Origin: Pedosphaera sp.
GTDB lineage: Bacteria > Verrucomicrobiota > Verrucomicrobiia > Limisphaerales > SIBH01
DNA length: 64,000 bases
NCBI GenBank assembly: GCA_031414955.1
Contig: JANOQV010000012.1
Location: forward strand, 1-64,000
Reading direction: 5' to 3'
Position 1 is the first letter of the stretch; the number at the start of each line of letters is the position of its first letter. Both the position numbers and the translations under genes were made by a program. Of the stretch, positions 38,183-48,071 are shown piece by piece. A model generated the notes under the pieces. That model did not search any database, was not told the origin of the DNA, and saw nothing but the letters and a program-made list of their open reading frames with translations.

Positions 38183-41047
38183 CTACGCCAGCACGTCCGC
38201 CAGGAATCGACCAGTGTGCGAGCCTTTGGTCCGCGCCACCTGCTCCGGCGTGCCCTGCGCCACCAGCGTGCCGCCGGCTTCGCCCGCCTCGGGACCGAGA
38301 TCGATCACCCAGTCGGCCTCGGCGATGAGGTCGAGGTTATGCTCGATGACGATGACGGAGTGTCCGGCCTCGACGAGCCGCTGAATCATTTCCACCAATC
38401 GCCGCACATCGGCCATGTGCAATCCGATGGTGGGTTCCTCGAGGATGAACAGGTTGCGCTTCTGCTTGGGGTCGAACAGCGTGGGTTGCCTGAGTCCGGT
38501 GAGCAGATGCGTGACGAGCTTGACCCGCTGCGCCTCACCACCGCTCAAGGTCGGGCTGGTCTGGCCGAGTTGGAGGTAGCCCAACCCCGTGTCGCGCAAC
38601 GCCTCGATGGGCCGTTTGATTTTCGGGAAGCTCGCGAAGAACTCGATGGCTTCCTCGACCGCCAGATCCAGCACCTGCGCGATGTTCCGGCCCTTGTATT
38701 CGATGTCGAGGGTCTCGCGATTGAACCGGCTCCCGCCGCACGTCTCGCAACGCACGTAAGCCGGCGGCAGGAAGTTCATCTCCAGCTTGATCTGGCCCGC
38801 GCCCTCGCATTCGGGGCAACGACCCTGCGCGCTGTTGAAGGAAAATCTTCCCGGCCCGTAGCCGCGCATCCGGGCCTCGGGCGTCTGGGCGAAGAGCGCG
38901 CGGATGTCGTCGAAGAAACCGACATAGGTCGCCGGCGTGGAGCGTGGCGTGCGTCCGATGGGCGATTGATCGACTTCATAGACTGCGGCGATTTGCTCGT
39001 GACCAGAAACAATCTCGCCCGAAGGCGGCCCGACCTTGGACGCTCGCTCGCGCTTTATCGGAGTTGGACCTTGGCCCTTGGACCGCTTCAGCTTCCCCAG
39101 GAGCGTGGGCAACAAACACTCCCGGATAAGCGTGCTCTTGCCCGAGCCGCTCACGCCGGTCACCACCACGAAGCGATTCAGGGGAAACTCGACGGTGAGG
39201 TTTTTGAGATTGTGAACGGACGCGCCGCGCAGCACCAACGTGCCCCCGGCGTCCCGCCGGGTCGGGGCGCTCTCCGTCCGGGCAGTCCTCCTGGGCTTGA
39301 GCACGGAACCCGGCGGGACGCCGGGGGCACGTTGCACTGACCGCCTCTCCCCGCGCGCCGGATACTGCTTATGTTCCCGCAGGCAGCGCCCCGTGATGGA
39401 GTCCTCTTGCCGCAACAACTCGGCCAGCGTTCCAGCCGCGACAACCACGCCGCCTTGCACGCCGGCACCGGGGCCAAGGTCCACGATGAAATCCGCGCGA
39501 CGCATGGTCGCTTCATCATGTTCGACGACCACGAGCGAATTGCCGCGCGCCCGCAACTGCTCCAGGGTGGCGATAAGCTGCTCATTGTCGCGCGCGTGCA
39601 GGCCGATGGTCGGCTCGTCGAGCACGTAGAGCACGCCGCAGAGGTTGGAACCAAGCTGGGCCGCAAGCCGGATGCGCTGGGCTTCCCCGCTGGAGAGCGT
39701 GGTCACGCTGCGACCCAGTTGCAGATAACCCAGACCCACTTCGAACAGAAACTTCAGCCGCTCGGAAATTTCCGGAATCATGTCGCGAGCGATGAGCGCC
39801 TCGCGTCCGCTGAACTGGAGCGTGCGGAAAAACTGCGCGGCCTGCGCCACCGACAGTTGAGCGACCGAATCGATAGTGGGCGGCTTTGGACCTTGGACGC
39901 TCGCTCGCGATTTATCGGAGTTGGACCTTGGACCCACACAATCAAGCCGCACCGCGCGCGCGATCTCGTTCAGCCGCCCGCCGTGGCACGTCGGGCACTC
40001 CTCGCGCTTGCCTTCCTGCCATCCAAACCATGACTCCTCGATGGCATCGGCCCGCGCGCCCCGCTCCACGTCTGGGAGGTAGAACAACTCGCCAAAGCCG
40101 CGGCATTGGGGACACCAGCCCTGCGACGAGTTGTAGCTGAACATCTTCGGGTCGAGCGGCTGAAAGGAGCGCCCGCACTGACCGCAGGCGCGCTCGGTCG
40201 AATGCACGCTCACATGCTGCTGGTCGTCCACCGCGAGCAAAGTGCCGTGGCCGAGGTCGAGCGTGGTGTCGATAAGTTGTTGCGGGGTGCGCTGGCCGGG
40301 CGCGGTGTTCTCACCGCGCCGGGCGGCGGACGACGTTCGCGGCGCGCTGAGGACAGCGCGCCCTACCTTGCGAGGTTTTGCTTCCAGCACCCCGGTCACG
40401 ATCTCCACATCGTGCTCCTTGAAACGGTCGAGACGCAAAGGCTTGTCGGTGCGGACCAGTTTTCCGTCGGCGCGAACTTCGGCGTAGCCGTGCTTCGCGG
40501 CCCACTCGGCGACGTCGGTATGGAAGCCCTTGCGGTTCTTGACCACGGGCGCGAGCAGCAGCAAATCACCGCGTTGCTTCATCTCCTTTTGCAACTGCGC
40601 CCGCAACTGGTCCCGGGTCTGCGGCTCCACCGGAATCTGGCAGGCCGGACAATACTGAGTGCCGAGCCGGGCCATGAGCAGGCGAATGAAATGATAAACC
40701 TCGGTGACGGTGGCGACCGTGCTCTTGCCGCCGCCGCGCGTGGTGCGCTGCTCGATGCTGACCGCGGGCGGGAGGCCGGTGATGAGATCCACATCCGGCC
40801 GCGCCATCTGTTCCACAAACTGCCGCGCGTAGGCGTTCATGGAATCGAGAAAGCGCCGCTGCCCTTCGGCGAACAGCAAGTCGAAGGCGAGCGTGCTTTT
40901 GCCCGAGCCGCTTACGCCGGTGATGACGACAAACTTCCCGCGCGGGATGTCGAGCGAGATGTTCTTCAAGTTATGCTGGCGCGCGCCCAGGATGCGGATG
41001 ACATCCGGGCTGGCAACGAGAGTCAGAGGCGTGGGCGCGACGTTCAC
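38183..41047 (-). CDS. uvrA: Excinuclease ABC subunit A (variant lacking most of the insertion domain; start approximate)
   Basis: GARQHNLKNI, two GVSGSGKS Walker A motifs, LSSGEAQR/LSGGEAQR, zinc-finger CxxC pairs. Confidence 0.92.
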   Translation of the reverse strand: MNVAPTPLTLVASPDVIRILGARQHNLKNISLDIPRGKFVVITGVSGSGKSTLAFDLLFAEGQRRFLDSMNAYARQFVEQMARPDVDLITGLPPAVSIEQRTTRGGGKSTVATVTEVYHFIRLLMARLGTQYCPACQIPVEPQTRDQLRAQLQKEMKQRGDLLLLAPVVKNRKGFHTDVAEWAAKHGYAEVRADGKLVRTDKPLRLDRFKEHDVEIVTGVLEAKPRKVGRAVLSAPRTSSAARRGENTAPGQRTPQQLIDTTLDLGHGTLLAVDDQQHVSVHSTERACGQCGRSFQPLDPKMFSYNSSQGWCPQCRGFGELFYLPDVERGARADAIEESWFGWQEGKREECPTCHGGRLNEIARAVRLDCVGPRSNSDKSRASVQGPKPPTIDSVAQLSVAQAAQFFRTLQFSGREALIARDMIPEISERLKFLFEVGLGYLQLGRSVTTLSSGEAQRIRLAAQLGSNLCGVLYVLDEPTIGLHARDNEQLIATLEQLRARGNSLVVVEHDEATMRRADFIVDLGPGAGVQGGVVVAAGTLAELLRQEDSITGRCLREHKQYPARGERRSVQRAPGVPPGSVLKPRRTARTESAPTRRDAGGTLVLRGASVHNLKNLTVEFPLNRFVVVTGVSGSGKSTLIRECLLPTLLGKLKRSKGQGPTPIKRERASKVGPPSGEIVSGHEQIAAVYEVDQSPIGRTPRSTPATYVGFFDDIRALFAQTPEARMRGYGPGRFSFNSAQGRCPECEGAGQIKLEMNFLPPAYVRCETCGGSRFNRETLDIEYKGRNIAQVLDLAVEEAIEFFASFPKIKRPIEALRDTGLGYLQLGQTSPTLSGGEAQRVKLVTHLLTGLRQPTLFDPKQKRNLFILEEPTIGLHMADVRRLVEMIQRLVEAGHSVIVIEHNLDLIAEADWVIDLGPEAGEAGGTLVAQGTPEQVARTKGSHTGRFLADVLA
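39236..39334. repeat. 99-bp palindromic element in frame in uvrA
   Basis: Perfect 27-bp inverted repeat CAACGTGCCCCCGGCGTCCCGCCGGGT at 39236-39262 and 39308-39334. Confidence 0.85.
40294..40367 (-). repeat. GTAG-type REP doublet in frame in uvrA
   Basis: GGTAGGGCGCGCTGTCCTCAGCGCGCC ... GGCGCGGTGAGAACACCGCGCCC. Confidence 0.8.
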
Positions 41048-41201
41048 GGCGGGAGGAGTAACATGAGTCGGTCGAAACGCCAAAATTGAAACCCCGCCTC
41101 CATGAATGCAGGCCGGCCCAGGCACCCACGCCGCCGGCCCATTTTGGCTCGGGAGAACTATTTGATGTTTGGCGGGCGGTGTTTGGTGTTTATTCCGAGC
41201 G

Positions 41202-42068
41202 ATGTATTCGGCCAACTTCAAAGACGCCGCACTGGTCTTGATTGGGCACGGCTCAACGCTCAACGCCGATTCGGCCGCGCCGACCCATCAACACGCGGAC
41301 GAGCTGCGGCGGCGGGGCGTGTTCGGTCAAGTTCGCGTGGCTTTCTGGAAGCAGGAGCCGGCCATCCGCACGGTTTTGGACGGCCTGCAGACGCGACGGG
41401 TTTTCATCGTGCCGTTGTTCATCAGCGAGGGCTACTTCACTCAGGAGGTGATTCCCCGCGAGCTGGAGTTGTTGGTCCAAGGTCCAAAGTCCGAGGTCCA
41501 AAGCCTGGAGAGGGTGCAGCGGCGTGGCGCGCAGACGATCTATTACTGCGGCCCCGTCGGCACGCACGACAGCATGACGGAGGTGTTGCTGGCCCGCGCG
41601 TGCGAGGTCGTGGAACGGTTTCCCGCCGGCCCTGCACCCGCTCCGTCTGACACCACGCTTTTCATCGCCGGTCATGGCACGGGCAACAACGAGAACTCGC
41701 GCCGGGCCATTGAGCGACAGGCGGAACTAATCCGTGCGCGGAAGATTTACGCCGAGGTCCACGCCGTCTTCATGGAGGAGGAACCGCGCATTGAGACGTG
41801 TTACGCGATGGCCCGCTCCCGGAATATCGTCATGGTGCCGCTCTTCGTCAGCGATGGGCTGCACTCCCAGGAGGACATCCCGGTGCTGCTCGGCGCGTCG
41901 CCTGCAGTCGTCAAAGAGCGGATGCGGCTGGGTCAGCCGACCTGGCACAACCCGACCGAGATGCAGGGCAAACTCGTCTGGTACGCGCGCAGCATCGGCA
42001 GCGAACCGCACCTGGCCGACGTCATTCTGGAGCGTGTGCAGGAGCAGGTGGTCGCGGCGGTCGATTAG
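41202..42068 (+). CDS. CbiX/SirB family chelatase (two-domain)
   Basis: LIGHGS, VPLFISEGYF, PVGTH, AGHGT, VPLFVSDGLH. Confidence 0.85.
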   Translation: MYSANFKDAALVLIGHGSTLNADSAAPTHQHADELRRRGVFGQVRVAFWKQEPAIRTVLDGLQTRRVFIVPLFISEGYFTQEVIPRELELLVQGPKSEVQSLERVQRRGAQTIYYCGPVGTHDSMTEVLLARACEVVERFPAGPAPAPSDTTLFIAGHGTGNNENSRRAIERQAELIRARKIYAEVHAVFMEEEPRIETCYAMARSRNIVMVPLFVSDGLHSQEDIPVLLGASPAVVKERMRLGQPTWHNPTEMQGKLVWYARSIGSEPHLADVILERVQEQVVAAVD

Positions 42069-42098
42069 ATCTGGCGGAGAGGCGCGGCTCAACCGCCC

Positions 42099-42902
42099 TC
42101 AAGACGGCGCGAAAAGCCGCTCGAACTGGAAGATCAGTTCGAGTCCGGTGACGAAAAGAAAGGCGAAGACCACGCGCATGAAAGCCCGTTCGGAAATTCT
42201 CCGGTTCATCCACACCCCGAGCCACACGCCGAGCGGGACGAGCGGGAAGAAAATCAGACTCGTGAGCAACGTCTCGCGGGTGATCAGCGCGCGGGCCGCA
42301 AAAACGGGCAGGTTAATCTGTGTCTGATCCAGGCAGAAGAAGGGCATCTTAAGCCAGTTCACGAAGGTGAAGATGAGCACATTGGTGGCGACGAAGGTTT
42401 CCTTGGGCAGCCGTTGCGGGATGAGAAACATGCTGATGATCGGCCCGGCCCCGTGGGCGAAGGTCGAGGTGATGCCAGTGGCCAGTCCGATCGGGACGCC
42501 CACGCGGTGATTCGGCGCGAAGGCGCCTTCGGCCCGGAAGATTCTCTCCTTCATCAGTTGAAAGAGCACGAAGGCCACGGCAATGCCGCCGATGGCAATG
42601 TTGAGCTGCCGGTGGTTAAACTGCCCGATGAGTTGCACGCCGATCACGATGCCCACGATCACGCCGGGGAGGACAAACTTCAGATTTCGCGCCTCCCACT
42701 TGCGCCAGTAGTTCCAGAGGGAGAAGGCATCGCCGGCACAGAGCAGCGGGAGGATGACGCCGATGGCGTCCTTCGAGCCGAAAGTGAGCACAGCCAGCGG
42801 AGTGGTGAGCAGGCCCAACCCGCCGCCGAAGCCAGCCTTGGAGATGCCGATGAAGAGCACGGCCACGATGGCAAACGCAAGCTTGGGTGAAATTTCCGGC
42901 AC
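42099..42902 (-). CDS. Sulfite exporter TauE/SafE family membrane protein
   Basis: GISKAGFGGG, LPLLCAGD, HGAGP; multi-TM. Confidence 0.85.
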   Translation of the reverse strand: MPEISPKLAFAIVAVLFIGISKAGFGGGLGLLTTPLAVLTFGSKDAIGVILPLLCAGDAFSLWNYWRKWEARNLKFVLPGVIVGIVIGVQLIGQFNHRQLNIAIGGIAVAFVLFQLMKERIFRAEGAFAPNHRVGVPIGLATGITSTFAHGAGPIISMFLIPQRLPKETFVATNVLIFTFVNWLKMPFFCLDQTQINLPVFAARALITRETLLTSLIFFPLVPLGVWLGVWMNRRISERAFMRVVFAFLFVTGLELIFQFERLFAPS

Positions 42903-43048
42903 GACGGCGCGGACTAAACACCAAATCCGAAACATCAGACACCAAATAAATTCCTGGCGACAAAGCGCCCTGGCGAGCACGGCGCAGCTCCGTGGTGCAG
43001 CTTTTCGCAGCGCGACCATGGCCAGGATGGAGGACCAAGGCGGGCGAC

Positions 43049-44380
43049 TCAGGGCGCGATCCAGAGGCCGAAGGGCGCGTATTTGGAAACCCCGCCAATC
43101 TGCACCTGGGCGAACAAGCGCACCAGGCCCGGCTGGGGCGGAAAGAACTGGAACTCAAGCTCCGGTCCACCGCGCGCCGCCGGATCCGAAACCAGCCCAC
43201 CTTTCGGGTGCAGATGCAGCACCGTCTTGCGGTCTTCGTGGAAACCAACCAGATGCACAAAGGCGTTCATCAACGGCTCCAGCCGGGTGAAAGGTTTTCC
43301 GTCCGCGCCCGTCAGGCGCAGTTTCCCGACCACCGGACGGCCGCTGCGCAACTTCTCCGTGGCGAAGGTCAGCTCAAAGAGCATGCCTTCCACCAGCACG
43401 CGGTTGGTGACCGTTCGATCGGAGAGCGGAGCCTCGGACGTCGTCGCGGAAATGGTGGTGGTGAGATATTGCTGCAGCCCCAGGGGCCGCGGACGGACAT
43501 CCACCCAGGCGAGATAGCGCCCTGGTCTTTGCGGAGTGAACGAGAACGGATACTCGCCCGGCACCCGGCTGACCTGCGGATGGAGGTGGTGATAATCGGT
43601 CAGAGTCGAATCGATGAGGAGCAAGTGGATGCGCTCCGTGTGCGCCACAATCAGGTCCGGCGGATACACCGCTGAACCGTCCAGTTTGTTCAGATCGAGA
43701 AACCCTTTGGCCGGCTGGCCAGGCACAAGCGGCTGGTCGGTGTGAATCTTCGCCGTCATGGAGGGCCGCGCCGGAGTGGGCAGTCCGCAGAACTCGGGCA
43801 GGATGCGCACGCGCTGATCGAGCAGGGCACCACACTTGGGACAGGTGTCGGCGCGCTGGCCGCGAATGTCCCGGTGCGAGGGACACATCCAGTGCGAAGC
43901 CGCCGTCTCGGCGTCAGCCACGGCCGAGGGGTTGAAACAGCCCTTGATGCGGCCCAGCGTTTCAAGAATCAGCCGGAGTTTCTCCTCCGCGACCGCCTGT
44001 TGCTGCAAATCCCCCGCGAGATGCAGCGCGGCCACGCCCTGCGCCAAGGTTTCCACATCCGCGCGAAAGGCCACGCGCCGTTCCTCGTCGATGCGCCGGG
44101 CCTGTTGCTGAATCGCCACCAGGCTCGCGGCCAGCACCATGTCCTCGCTGTGAATCGACGCGAGATCCTTCGACTGCACGGTCTCCTCCAGATGGCTCAC
44201 CACCTGCAAGAGCATCCCCAGCGCCTCGGTGGAACTGGCGAAATAGTTGGTCCCATCGACACGGGCAGACTCCGTTCCCTCCGCCCCGGCGACGGGCCGG
44301 GCCAAAGTCGCCAGCCCGAGGCTGACGGAAGCGAGCAGGCTCGCGCTGAAACAGAGGCTCAAACTGCGGTTCATAATCAT
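43049..44380 (-). CDS. Secreted protein with heavy-metal-binding domain and His-rich beta domains
   Basis: Signal peptide; WMCPSH...CPKCG; HTERIHL..DYHHLHP; HLVGF..LHLHP. Confidence 0.7.
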   Translation of the reverse strand: MIMNRSLSLCFSASLLASVSLGLATLARPVAGAEGTESARVDGTNYFASSTEALGMLLQVVSHLEETVQSKDLASIHSEDMVLAASLVAIQQQARRIDEERRVAFRADVETLAQGVAALHLAGDLQQQAVAEEKLRLILETLGRIKGCFNPSAVADAETAASHWMCPSHRDIRGQRADTCPKCGALLDQRVRILPEFCGLPTPARPSMTAKIHTDQPLVPGQPAKGFLDLNKLDGSAVYPPDLIVAHTERIHLLLIDSTLTDYHHLHPQVSRVPGEYPFSFTPQRPGRYLAWVDVRPRPLGLQQYLTTTISATTSEAPLSDRTVTNRVLVEGMLFELTFATEKLRSGRPVVGKLRLTGADGKPFTRLEPLMNAFVHLVGFHEDRKTVLHLHPKGGLVSDPAARGGPELEFQFFPPQPGLVRLFAQVQIGGVSKYAPFGLWIAP

Positions 44381-44500
44381 CTCCGGCGCGAGAAGCTATC
44401 GGCACGAACCCGCCTCCGGTCAACCCTGCGCAAGACGGTGGTGGTTTTATCCCTACAGGATTTTCCCTGGGCAGCCGATGTGGGGGAAGGAAAACAGTTC

Positions 44501-44911
44501 ATGAACACCAAGAACATTTTAGTGCTGGAAGACGCGGCTTTAATTCGCAACCTCGTGCATGGTCGCCTGGAGGCCGAGGGTTATCAGGTCACCTCGGCCA
44601 GCATGGTCTCGGAAGCCTTGCATGAAATCCGCGCCCGGATGCCGGACCTGATCATTCTCGACCTGGGCCTGGAGGATGACGATCCCTTCGCCGCCCTGAC
44701 TGACGGGTTCGCTTTTCTCGGCATGCTGCGCCGCAGTTACCCTGGCTCGGACACCTCGGTCATCATTTACTCGGTGAGTTACTCGCCGGAGATTGAGGTG
44801 CGCGCCAAAACGCTGGGCGTGCTCGAGGTCATCGAGAAAAAGCGCGGGATGACCGCCTTGCTCGGCGCGGTGCGGAAGGCTTTCGAGCGCCGAGAAGAAC
44901 AGGCGGCTTAA
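44501..44911 (+). CDS. Single-domain response regulator (receiver)
   Basis: ILVLED, PDLIILDL, DGF, IIYS, conserved Lys. Confidence 0.85.
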   Translation: MNTKNILVLEDAALIRNLVHGRLEAEGYQVTSASMVSEALHEIRARMPDLIILDLGLEDDDPFAALTDGFAFLGMLRRSYPGSDTSVIIYSVSYSPEIEVRAKTLGVLEVIEKKRGMTALLGAVRKAFERREEQAA

Positions 44912-45018
44912 CCCGCCTGCGGGGAGGGCCCGCCGGAAGGCCGGACCTGCACCCAGCCAACGATGGACTTGGTGGCACCGATCCGCCGAAGGCGAGGCCG
45001 TTCGCTCGTCTGGATTCT

Positions 45019-45200
45019 CAGAGCCGGTCTGAAAATTCACTGGGGCAGCGCAAGCTGCCCGCCCCGGAGTGCGCTCGTGCTCGGGCGCCGCCACTTGCAA
45101 ACACAAGCGGGTGTGGGTTTTTCCGACGCGCTCCAAGTCATCACCTTGCTGCGCCCGAGGACGGGCGCACTCCGCCTCCGAATTTTCAGATCGGCTCTTA
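45019..45200. mobile_element. Nested MITE-like element (outer AGAGCCGGTCTGAAAATTC arms, inner CGGAGTGCGC REP arms)
   Basis: Outer IR 45020-45038 / 45180-45198; inner IR 45065-45088 / 45151-45174. Confidence 0.7.
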
Positions 45201-48068
45201 CCGAGGAATGGCGGCGGGCAGGACGGGCAATATGTTTAGCAGCACGGGCTGGGAGACGTGGTCCCCATCAACTCTCGCCCGGAGATGGAACAAGCGTCGG
45301 CCAGGCGAGGCGACCTTCGAGGCGGTCAGGAAGAACTCGCGCTCGGTCTGGCCTTCGACAATCAGCAGGCCGTTCAACCCGATGTTGTCCACATAGACAC
45401 CGTGCGGTGAATTGCGGCCGCAATCCTCCACGCCCAGCTCGATGCGCTCCTTGAAGTCATGACGCGTGGCCCGCACGAGGGCCGTGATGGTCTGGCCGGG
45501 ACGGAGGGTAAACTCCAGCGGCTGGCCGGGAGTTTCCTTCACAAAGCTCCGGTCTTTTCCCGGCCGGATGGCCACCGTCACCTTGGCCGGCTTGGCAAGC
45601 TCGATGTTGCCGAGGGTGCCCAGTTCGTGCGTGACCGCGCGGCCGTGGATGCGGGCGGTGGCGATAATTTTCACGGCGCGGTCGGCATTCGTGTCCGGTG
45701 CCACGGCGTTGGTCGCGGCCTGCAACGTGGCCTGGGCGCGAATCTGGCCGGCCTCGATCTCGAGGGGCGAACTGGCGCTGAAGCCGATGGGCAGATTCGT
45801 AAGCTCGATGCGGATGGGACCCATGAATCCCTCCCGGCGTTGGGCGACGAAGCTGATTTCCCGGCCGCTGCCCGGACTGACCTTCGGATCCTTGCCCTCC
45901 ACCGTGACGCTGAAGCCGGGGCGTTGTTCGCGCACAGCCAAGGTGTAATGGAAGTTCGTGCCGCCCAGGCCGCGCGTGTCGCGGACGCGCACCAGGTAGT
46001 CGCCGCTGGCCGGCGCGGTAAAGAGCAGCACGGAATCGGCACCGGCCCGGCGGCTTGGATCGTCGTCGTTTTCGTAGCTCAAGCGATAGACGGGCAGGCC
46101 GTTCGGCACCGGCTCCGTGCCGGGCGGGAGCGGCGTGACGATGTAGCCAGGTTCGTTGAGCGCGTGCGTGAGCGCGGTGGTGCCGAAATAAGTCTGCCGC
46201 CGGCCTTCGCCCGGATAGACCTTGTAGCCGGAGTCCGGCCCGCGCGGGTAAAGCCACAGCTTCACGACCTCGCCGTTGGCGTAGAAGTATTCGTCCAGTT
46301 CCATCTCGGCCCAGTTGTGCAGGCGGAAGTCATCCACGGTGTCGGAATCCTTGCCCCGGAAGGTGAACCACGAGTCGCGCACGGCTTGCAGCACGACTTG
46401 CTCGACCGGGCGACCATCGGCGTGCAGCACTTCGAGCCGGCTGTCCAGCGGCGACTTCGATTGCGCCGCGTGGATGGCCAGCGTGAATTCCTCTCCGGCC
46501 CGGGCGCGAAAGCGAAACAGGTCGGCGTCGCCGGGCGGGTCGATGACTCCCTTGATTTCGGCCGGCCAAGGCACGGAGGCGGCCTGCGCGGGCCGGTTGT
46601 TCGGCTCGGCTTCGGCGAGCTGCGTCACGTTGGTGGAAGCGGAGCCAGGCGCCTTCGTCACGAGTGACGTGGCCCGTGGTTTCTTCGCCGGGGAAACTTT
46701 CGCTTCGTAGAGTTGCAGTGAACCATCCAAGCGCACGGCGAGGAATTCATCGGCCTTGGGACGGGCCGCAATCGCGGCGGCGAGGTCGGGCTGGAGATCA
46801 TACGCATAACGCTCGGTCAGATCAGGCAGGCTCCAGAGCTTGAGCGTGCGATCGGCGGCCGAGGTGATGAGGAACTTGCCGTTCGCGCTGAGATCAAAGG
46901 CGGTGATGGCCGCTTCGTGGGCAAAGCGGGAATGAACCACGGGATTGAGCGCGGGCCCGGTCTTGGAAACGAAACGCCAGAGGTGGATGCGCTTGTCGTT
47001 CCCGGCGGCGAGCAGGTGCTGGCCGTCCGGCGTGAAGGCCACGGCGTTCAATTCGCCCTGCGGCTGGTTCAAGGTGTCGAGCCGCGCGCCATCGGCCACG
47101 CGCCAGAGCTTCACGGTTTGATCCGCGCTGGCCGAGGCCAGGACAGTGCCGCTCGGATCGAAGGCGAGATCGAAGACCGCGCCGTTGTGGCCGGCGATGG
47201 CGTGAAGCAACGTGCCGTCGCTGATGCGCCAGAGTTTGATCACCCGATCGTAACCGGCGGTGGCGAGTGTCCGGCCGTCGGGCGAAAACTCCGCGTCGTA
47301 GAGCGCATCGCGATGGCCGCCAAACTCGCGCACCTTCCGTCCGCCGGCCACTTCCCAAAGCTGGGCCGCGCCGCTCAGTCCGGTGATACCGCTGGCCGCG
47401 ATCAAATGCTTGCCGTCCGGCGCGAAGTGAACGGCGTTGACCTTGCCGGGCAGGCCGCTGAAGACGCGCAAGGCCGGGCCGCGCGAAGAACGACGCAGTT
47501 CGACCCGGTTGGCCAGGCCCACGGCGAATTGCCGGCCATCGGGCGACCAGGCCGCGGCGGTCAACGGCGGTCGCAGGCCGGGCGCGGTCTTGATTTCCGG
47601 GACCACGAGGCTTTCGAGAATGGAGACGTCCTGCCTGGGCGCGGCGGCTCCGGCGGCGATCCATTGCTTGAGCACGGCGAGTTCAGCGGCGGGAACTTGC
47701 GGTTCGTCCTTGGGCGGCATGTGCGGTCGCGCGCGGCTTTCAATCGATTTGATCAGAAACGATTCATCTGCCTGACCGGGCTTGATGGGGTCGCCCTTCT
47801 CGCTGCCGCCCTGGCGCAAGGCGGCGTAGGTCTCGACGGAGAAATCATTTTCGTGCTCGGTCGCGTTGTGACAGCCCGCGCAATAGGTGCGCAGAATGGG
47901 CGCGATGTTCTGCTCGAAAGTAATCTGGGCCCGAGCGGCGGCGCAAAAGGTGAGCAGGACCAGGAGGCCAGCCACCGGCCACGCGGGCAGAGCGAAGCGC
48001 CGGGACGGGCGAGGCCTGGCGCTCCAGGACGGGTTGAAGCAGGACGTAACGGATGGAACCAGGTTCAT
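45198..48068 (-). CDS. Planctomycete-type cytochrome c + WD40 repeats + PPC-like domains protein
   Basis: YCAGCHN heme motif with MPP; WD40 repeats GH...V....F.PDG; EAEPNN, DADLFRF. Confidence 0.85.
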   Translation of the reverse strand: MNLVPSVTSCFNPSWSARPRPSRRFALPAWPVAGLLVLLTFCAAARAQITFEQNIAPILRTYCAGCHNATEHENDFSVETYAALRQGGSEKGDPIKPGQADESFLIKSIESRARPHMPPKDEPQVPAAELAVLKQWIAAGAAAPRQDVSILESLVVPEIKTAPGLRPPLTAAAWSPDGRQFAVGLANRVELRRSSRGPALRVFSGLPGKVNAVHFAPDGKHLIAASGITGLSGAAQLWEVAGGRKVREFGGHRDALYDAEFSPDGRTLATAGYDRVIKLWRISDGTLLHAIAGHNGAVFDLAFDPSGTVLASASADQTVKLWRVADGARLDTLNQPQGELNAVAFTPDGQHLLAAGNDKRIHLWRFVSKTGPALNPVVHSRFAHEAAITAFDLSANGKFLITSAADRTLKLWSLPDLTERYAYDLQPDLAAAIAARPKADEFLAVRLDGSLQLYEAKVSPAKKPRATSLVTKAPGSASTNVTQLAEAEPNNRPAQAASVPWPAEIKGVIDPPGDADLFRFRARAGEEFTLAIHAAQSKSPLDSRLEVLHADGRPVEQVVLQAVRDSWFTFRGKDSDTVDDFRLHNWAEMELDEYFYANGEVVKLWLYPRGPDSGYKVYPGEGRRQTYFGTTALTHALNEPGYIVTPLPPGTEPVPNGLPVYRLSYENDDDPSRRAGADSVLLFTAPASGDYLVRVRDTRGLGGTNFHYTLAVREQRPGFSVTVEGKDPKVSPGSGREISFVAQRREGFMGPIRIELTNLPIGFSASSPLEIEAGQIRAQATLQAATNAVAPDTNADRAVKIIATARIHGRAVTHELGTLGNIELAKPAKVTVAIRPGKDRSFVKETPGQPLEFTLRPGQTITALVRATRHDFKERIELGVEDCGRNSPHGVYVDNIGLNGLLIVEGQTEREFFLTASKVASPGRRLFHLRARVDGDHVSQPVLLNILPVLPAAIPR

Positions 48069-48071
48069 ACC

